A stretch of DNA of 64,000 nucleotides from Chitinophagales bacterium (GTDB lineage: Bacteria > Bacteroidota > Bacteroidia > Chitinophagales > JADIYW01): assembly GCA_023957245.1 (NCBI GenBank), contig JAMLHJ010000005.1, positions 309 to 64,308 of the forward strand. Direction: 5' to 3'. The position numbers and the translations under genes are program-made. Under the pieces are notes generated by a model. The model was not told where the DNA came from. It searched no databases and saw nothing but the letters and a program-made list of their open reading frames with translations. Every line of letters starts with the position of its first letter. Position 1 is the stretch's first letter. This document shows positions 59,480-64,000 of this stretch, in pieces.

Positions 59480-60970
59480 ATGAAATCGCTATTCATCATC
59501 ATGCTGTCATTGTTTACATTTTGTATTGAACTAATGGGACAGACATCCTATGAGGATGTGGTTTATCTGAAAAATGGAAGTGTCATACATGGTATTATCG
59601 TAGAGCAGATACCTAATGAGTCCATTAAGATAAAAAGTGGGAACAACGTGTTCGTCTTTAAATTATCGGAAGTTCAGAAAATGACAAAAGAAGAAATTAT
59701 ATCTTCTTCAAATCAGGGAAACAGAACTAATGTCCAATATGATGAGAATGAATTAAAGACATACTTGGTCAAGAAGCTACAGACGGAGTCCAAAAGTAAC
59801 TTGCAATTTGTGGAATTTCAAAAAACAAACGGAGCGTCTAAAATTATTAATGGACAGGATTATTATGAGATTTGGTTTACATTTTCATTTAAACCTGTCA
59901 AACCTGTATATAAAGATGGGAACTCATGGTTAGTATCCTCAACTCAAGGTGGGGTTTGGAGAAATTTTGAAGTAGCTACGCAAAAAGCAGGTGGTTATGA
60001 TGCTTTTTTATCTGTTGATGGGCAAAATGAGTATGCTTCTAACCGTGTCATAAAATTATCAGGTAAAGCAGAATTGAAAAAAACGGAGCAGACATGGCTT
60101 ATAACACAATTGTCCTTTAGTAAGGAAGAGTTAGTTGCTGATGTATCAGGAGTGGCACGTCATCTTAACATAAATGGTAACATTCAAGAGGGCGAAAACT
60201 ATTTTTTGATAAAAGATGTACCTCTTACTGGTAGTGGATATACTATGTATCAGCCGGTGCAGATCAATGTCCCGGGAACAATAGCGGACTTAGCTAAAAA
60301 CATTGTTTACAAAAGCCTTTCCGGTTTTAGAAGAGGGCAAAAGGTCTCAGCAGACGAATACAATGCAGCCACTGGTGAGAAATGGATCGTCACCATGACG
60401 ATTGAAAAAGCCAGTAATTCTTTGAAATCTGGTAAGGCATTGATTGGCGGTAAACCGTATAGTGGTTACCAGTGTGAGATAGAAATGGTTTGGAAAATGT
60501 CCAAAGTAGGAGATCCTTCCACATCTTTCACAGAAAGAACCACCGTCAATACAGGAACTCCTATGGATAACAAAACCGAAGAAAAAGCGATGCAATCTGC
60601 ACTAAGTAAATTTGAAGATGAGGTAAAAGAAACCTTGTTGAAATATGGTTCTTTTCAGGCTAATGTGTTAGAAATTAATGAGTTGGATAAAAAAGGACTT
60701 CCCAGAGAGATCACTTTGGATAATGCCCAATACCTATCTTATGGAAAAACGATATACTTCTTTATTACCAAAGAGAAAGATTTATATGTAGGGTATAAAA
60801 ATGCTATCTCAATGAGATCTGTGGTAGCTACTGGTGTCTATCGTACTACTATATCGGGTAAAATAGTCTGTAAAATTCTAAGTGGAGAGCAAAACCTCTC
60901 CAGAGAACTGGCAACAGGAGAAAAACTAATAGCTATCTCAACGATTTCAAGACCTACAAAAGTAGATTAA
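59480..60970 (+). CDS. hypothetical secreted protein
   Basis: 496 aa with signal peptide MKSLFIIMLSLFTFCIELMGQ. The N-terminal VYLKNGSVIHGIIVEQIPNESIKIK beta motif is common in Bacteroidota envelope proteins. Lies 21 bp after the previous gene. Confidence 0.62.
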   Translation: MKSLFIIMLSLFTFCIELMGQTSYEDVVYLKNGSVIHGIIVEQIPNESIKIKSGNNVFVFKLSEVQKMTKEEIISSSNQGNRTNVQYDENELKTYLVKKLQTESKSNLQFVEFQKTNGASKIINGQDYYEIWFTFSFKPVKPVYKDGNSWLVSSTQGGVWRNFEVATQKAGGYDAFLSVDGQNEYASNRVIKLSGKAELKKTEQTWLITQLSFSKEELVADVSGVARHLNINGNIQEGENYFLIKDVPLTGSGYTMYQPVQINVPGTIADLAKNIVYKSLSGFRRGQKVSADEYNAATGEKWIVTMTIEKASNSLKSGKALIGGKPYSGYQCEIEMVWKMSKVGDPSTSFTERTTVNTGTPMDNKTEEKAMQSALSKFEDEVKETLLKYGSFQANVLEINELDKKGLPREITLDNAQYLSYGKTIYFFITKEKDLYVGYKNAISMRSVVATGVYRTTISGKIVCKILSGEQNLSRELATGEKLIAISTISRPTKVD

Positions 60971-61002
60971 ATAAAATTTTTAAAAGACGACAAAATATTA
61001 TT

Positions 61003-61257
61003 ATGGAGAATAAATTATTACCCTTAACAGCCACTTTAAACTTGACAAAGTTTATCTGCAATGTTGGGATTTTAATTGGTTTGTATTTTTTTCTTTATGA
61101 AGGAATTGTAGAACCATTGTTCCTTCCCGGTCATCATTTTAGTAATGATGATTCATTTCAACTGATACTAGGCTTTATACTGATAACAATCAGTCTTTTT
61201 GTCCAAACATTCTGTGAGGTGGTAAAAGCATACATAGATATGCGTATAAAACTGTAG
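61003..61257 (+). CDS. small two-TM membrane protein
   Basis: 84 aa with two hydrophobic helices. It fits the operon spacing, 32 bp after the previous gene and 23 bp before the next. No homology recognised. Confidence 0.4.
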   Translation: MENKLLPLTATLNLTKFICNVGILIGLYFFLYEGIVEPLFLPGHHFSNDDSFQLILGFILITISLFVQTFCEVVKAYIDMRIKL

Positions 61258-61280
61258 TTGAGTCAAAATAAATTTACCTC

Positions 61281-63110
61281 ATGAAATTAAAACATCTCTC
61301 ATTTTTGCTAGTAGCAGTCGGTTCACTATTACTTACAGATTGCAAAAAGGATAAACCGGAAAACCAAACGTCAATAGACCAAACGCCTGTTACTGGTTTG
61401 GAATTTACTGATGAGGAAACTTATTCTGCTATACCGGAAGCTACCGGAACTTTTGCAGGTACATTTCCATCAAATTTTGAATTGCCGTTACCTACTCCTC
61501 AGCATCAAGGGAGAGAAGGTTCCTGCGTGGCTTTTGCCGCAGCCTATGGTGTGATGGGTTTTTATATAGGTAAAGATTTAGGGAACTTGATAAACACGGA
61601 TGGTACAGTAAATGGGCACAGAGTTGGCAGCCCGGAGTTTTTGTATAATCTTACTGTCAACAGGTTATTAGGTTGCACTGCAGGTTCCCGTTTTGTCGGA
61701 ACATTTCTGACAGGAAAAGGAGCATTGGATGTACTGTTGGAAGATGGAGTCAGCACTTGGGCAAGTATGCCATATACAGATGCAGGATGCTCTGAAAAAC
61801 CTAACAGCACTCAATATGAAAATGCCCGGAATCATAAAATTGCAGGATACGAACGAGTGAAAGATTTTGGGCAGAATAATATTAAAGCACTTCTATTGGA
61901 CGGATATCCTGTGTTGATAGGGTGTAGGGTGGATAACGAGTTTGCAAATGCTCAAAGGGGAACGCATATTTGGAACAGAACCAATGGGTCAGATATCGCA
62001 GGCAACCATGCTATGGTCATCATGGGATATGATGATGCAAAAGGTGCATATAAAATTCTGAATAGTTGGGGTAATAAGTGGGCAAACGAAGGGTATGTAT
62101 ATATGGCATATAACTCTGCTCAGAATCTGATACAACAGGCGTATATAGTAGATCCCTTGATTACCAAACCTTCTGTGAGCATCCCTGTTGTCCAAACTCT
62201 TGCGGTGTCATCCGTTACAAATAATAGTGTGGTGTCAGGAGGGAATATAACAAGTAATGGTGGTGCAACTATTACAGAAAGAGGTATAGTATGGAGTACT
62301 GCTCAAAACCCCACTATTACCAATAATGTATTGCAAGCCACTAGTAATGGAACTGGACAATTCGATATGACCATTCATGGGCTTCAATCTAACACCACTT
62401 ACTATGTGAGAGCATATGCCTCCAACAGCGCAGGTCTTGCGTATGGAAATCAAGTGAGTTTTAAAACTACAAGCGGGGGAACCGTTACTAATCCATACCT
62501 GAATCCCAACCTGTCTTATGGTTCGATAACAGATATAGATGGCAATAAATACGCTACGATACAGATAGGTTTCCAGACTTGGATGGCTGAAAATTTGCGG
62601 ACTACTAAATATAACGATGGCACATCTATTCCTTTTGTTTTAGATCATAGTGAATGGATAAACCTTTCTACAGGTGCATATACGATTTATGATTATTCTC
62701 CTGAAAATGAACCCATATATGGAAAACTGTATAATCAATATGCTGTTATGACTGGAAAGTTATGTCCTAAAGGCTGGCATATACCTACAGAAGAGCAGTG
62801 GCAACAATTGCAAACTTATCTTGGTGGTCAAAATAATGCTGGGGGATCATTAAAATCAACAGGTACAATCTTGTGGGAATATCCAAATACAGGAGCTACA
62901 AATCAAAGTGGATTTTCAGCACTTCCGGGAGGGTATAGAACCAATATATCATATCAGACAGGTAGTTTTTATGATTTGAATCGTTACGGATATTGGTGGT
63001 CTTCTTCATGGAATATAATGTATGAGTTGTCAAGTGATGATACTTGGTTTTATCGTTCCAATTATAATGGAGAGAATAAAGGAGCTTCCTGCCGTTGCGT
63101 GAAGGATTAG
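61281..63110 (+). CDS. lipoprotein: papain-like C1 cysteine peptidase fused to an Ig/Fn3-like domain and a FISUMP (Fibrobacter succinogenes major paralogous) domain
   Basis: - Lipobox LLLTDC.
- C1 motifs are QGREGSCVAFA (Gln/Cys), NHAMVIMGYDD (His) and LNSWGNKWANEGYVYM (Asn/Trp).
- Residues ~300-395 form a beta domain (ERGIVWS...TTYYVRAYASNSAGLAYG).
- The C-terminal segment DIDGNKYATIQIGFQTWMAENL...GWHIPTEEQWQQL...SALPGGYR...YWWSSS...CRCVKD matches the FISUMP pattern. Confidence 0.85.
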   Translation: MKLKHLSFLLVAVGSLLLTDCKKDKPENQTSIDQTPVTGLEFTDEETYSAIPEATGTFAGTFPSNFELPLPTPQHQGREGSCVAFAAAYGVMGFYIGKDLGNLINTDGTVNGHRVGSPEFLYNLTVNRLLGCTAGSRFVGTFLTGKGALDVLLEDGVSTWASMPYTDAGCSEKPNSTQYENARNHKIAGYERVKDFGQNNIKALLLDGYPVLIGCRVDNEFANAQRGTHIWNRTNGSDIAGNHAMVIMGYDDAKGAYKILNSWGNKWANEGYVYMAYNSAQNLIQQAYIVDPLITKPSVSIPVVQTLAVSSVTNNSVVSGGNITSNGGATITERGIVWSTAQNPTITNNVLQATSNGTGQFDMTIHGLQSNTTYYVRAYASNSAGLAYGNQVSFKTTSGGTVTNPYLNPNLSYGSITDIDGNKYATIQIGFQTWMAENLRTTKYNDGTSIPFVLDHSEWINLSTGAYTIYDYSPENEPIYGKLYNQYAVMTGKLCPKGWHIPTEEQWQQLQTYLGGQNNAGGSLKSTGTILWEYPNTGATNQSGFSALPGGYRTNISYQTGSFYDLNRYGYWWSSSWNIMYELSSDDTWFYRSNYNGENKGASCRCVKD

Positions 63111-63219
63111 TTTTTGGAGAAAACCTAAGACAAGAGACGGCAGAAGATGATAACCTGAAATGTGATTTCTTGAAAGAGTAATCATTAAAATGGACAAATT
63201 ATTAAAACTCTTAAATAGA

Positions 63220-63801
63220 ATGATGAAAAAGCAGTTATTGACATTATTATCCATTATAGCAGTCGCATTTCTCCTGCAATCCTGTGGCAAGGAGCTGTCG
63301 AGATCCAAAGCAAAAGAACTGATTATTTCGGACAAAGGTTTACCTTATGACGAGACCGTCAGGCTGCCTAAGAAATATTATGTCCGTCAGTATAATGAAG
63401 GAGGCTGGCTGCCGGCTGTGGGATTATGGGGAGGTGAAAAGTATAGTGATGAAAAGGATAAGCTGGATATGCTACTGAGTCAGGGAGTGATTACTTTAGA
63501 GGATATAGATGAGAGGTTGCCCAATGGGCTTCATTGGGTGTATAAAGAAATTCGACTGACCGAAGAGGGCAAAAAGTATCTGACCGAAGAAAATGAAGAA
63601 ACACTTGTCATGAGAAGCTGCACTATTGATTTCGGTGAGGTTACAGGCATTCAAACAGATGAGCAGTACGGAGCATCAGATGTTCACTATACTTTAGTGA
63701 GAAAAAACATCACTCCGTTCGGACAGCATTTATCACAAGACCCGATAGACAAACTGGCTAACTTTTCCCTTTATGATGATGGTTGGAGGATAGGGTTATA
63801 A
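63220..63801 (+). CDS. hypothetical lipoprotein
   Basis: Lipoprotein signal MMKKQLLTLLSIIAVAFLLQSC when started at 63220. The track start at 63190 adds 10 aa. No family recognised. Confidence 0.62.
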   Translation: MMKKQLLTLLSIIAVAFLLQSCGKELSRSKAKELIISDKGLPYDETVRLPKKYYVRQYNEGGWLPAVGLWGGEKYSDEKDKLDMLLSQGVITLEDIDERLPNGLHWVYKEIRLTEEGKKYLTEENEETLVMRSCTIDFGEVTGIQTDEQYGASDVHYTLVRKNITPFGQHLSQDPIDKLANFSLYDDGWRIGL

Positions 63802-63812
63802 AACAAAAAAGC

Positions 63813-64000
63813 ATGAAAAAACTATTGTACGTATTGGGTGTGACAATGGCACTGACAGCTTGTCGGTCAGGTAGCGGAGAAAATCCGTTGAGCGGAATTC
63901 TGAATACCATTTCAGACCCCAAAGAGGATTTGATTGGATCTTTTTCCGAAAGAGAGAGTGGAAGGATTGAATACAAAATCTACAAAGAAGATGGTAAATA
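63813..64000 (+). CDS. hypothetical lipoprotein, 5' part (runs off the window end)
   Basis: The ATG at 63813 gives MKKLLYVLGVTMALTACRSGSGENPL..., a lipobox signal. The frame stays open to the window edge, 11 bp after the previous gene. Confidence 0.5.
   Translation, partial: MKKLLYVLGVTMALTACRSGSGENPLSGILNTISDPKEDLIGSFSERESGRIEYKIYKEDGK

Overview
This window looks like a low-GC Bacteroidota chromosomal segment. Supporting signs are T9SS C-terminal sorting domains, TAnnTTTG-type promoter boxes, and a Rho protein with a long N-terminal insertion. I call about 55 protein genes. No rRNA, tRNA or CRISPR array was seen by eye.

Housekeeping blocks:
- serC, ruvC and a POT peptide transporter.
- rplM-rpsI, rpsB-tsf and pyrH-frr.
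- rpmH-rnpA-yidD and rho.
- anmK, serS, an amidase, an aguB-like hydrolase and fadH.

Accessory and unusual content:
1. A 2506-aa T9SS-secreted giant surface protein is bracketed by direct arrays of a 7-bp repeat (GATGGAC/AATGGAC). There are three arrays with 96 units in total.
2. A modular intergenic repeat family has at least 10 copies. Each copy combines a variable short-tandem-repeat block, a conserved hairpin core and a CACAAAG-rich tail.
3. Two larger repeat elements occur as inverted pairs that bracket 8-12 kb segments.
4. A translationally coupled pair joins an unrecognisable 258-aa protein to a PIN-domain nuclease. This is my best candidate for an undescribed toxin-antitoxin or defence-like system.
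5. A visibly more GC-rich island runs from about 57.9 kb to the window end. It carries an XRE regulator next to, and divergent from, an operon of envelope proteins, including a papain-like C1 peptidase fused to a FISUMP domain.
6. An S9-family protein has its catalytic Ser, and probably His, replaced.
7. An orphan T9SS C-terminal domain fragment and a decayed duplicate of a gene 3' end are present.

All calls come from reading the ORF translations and the nucleotide sequence by eye. No database search was run.
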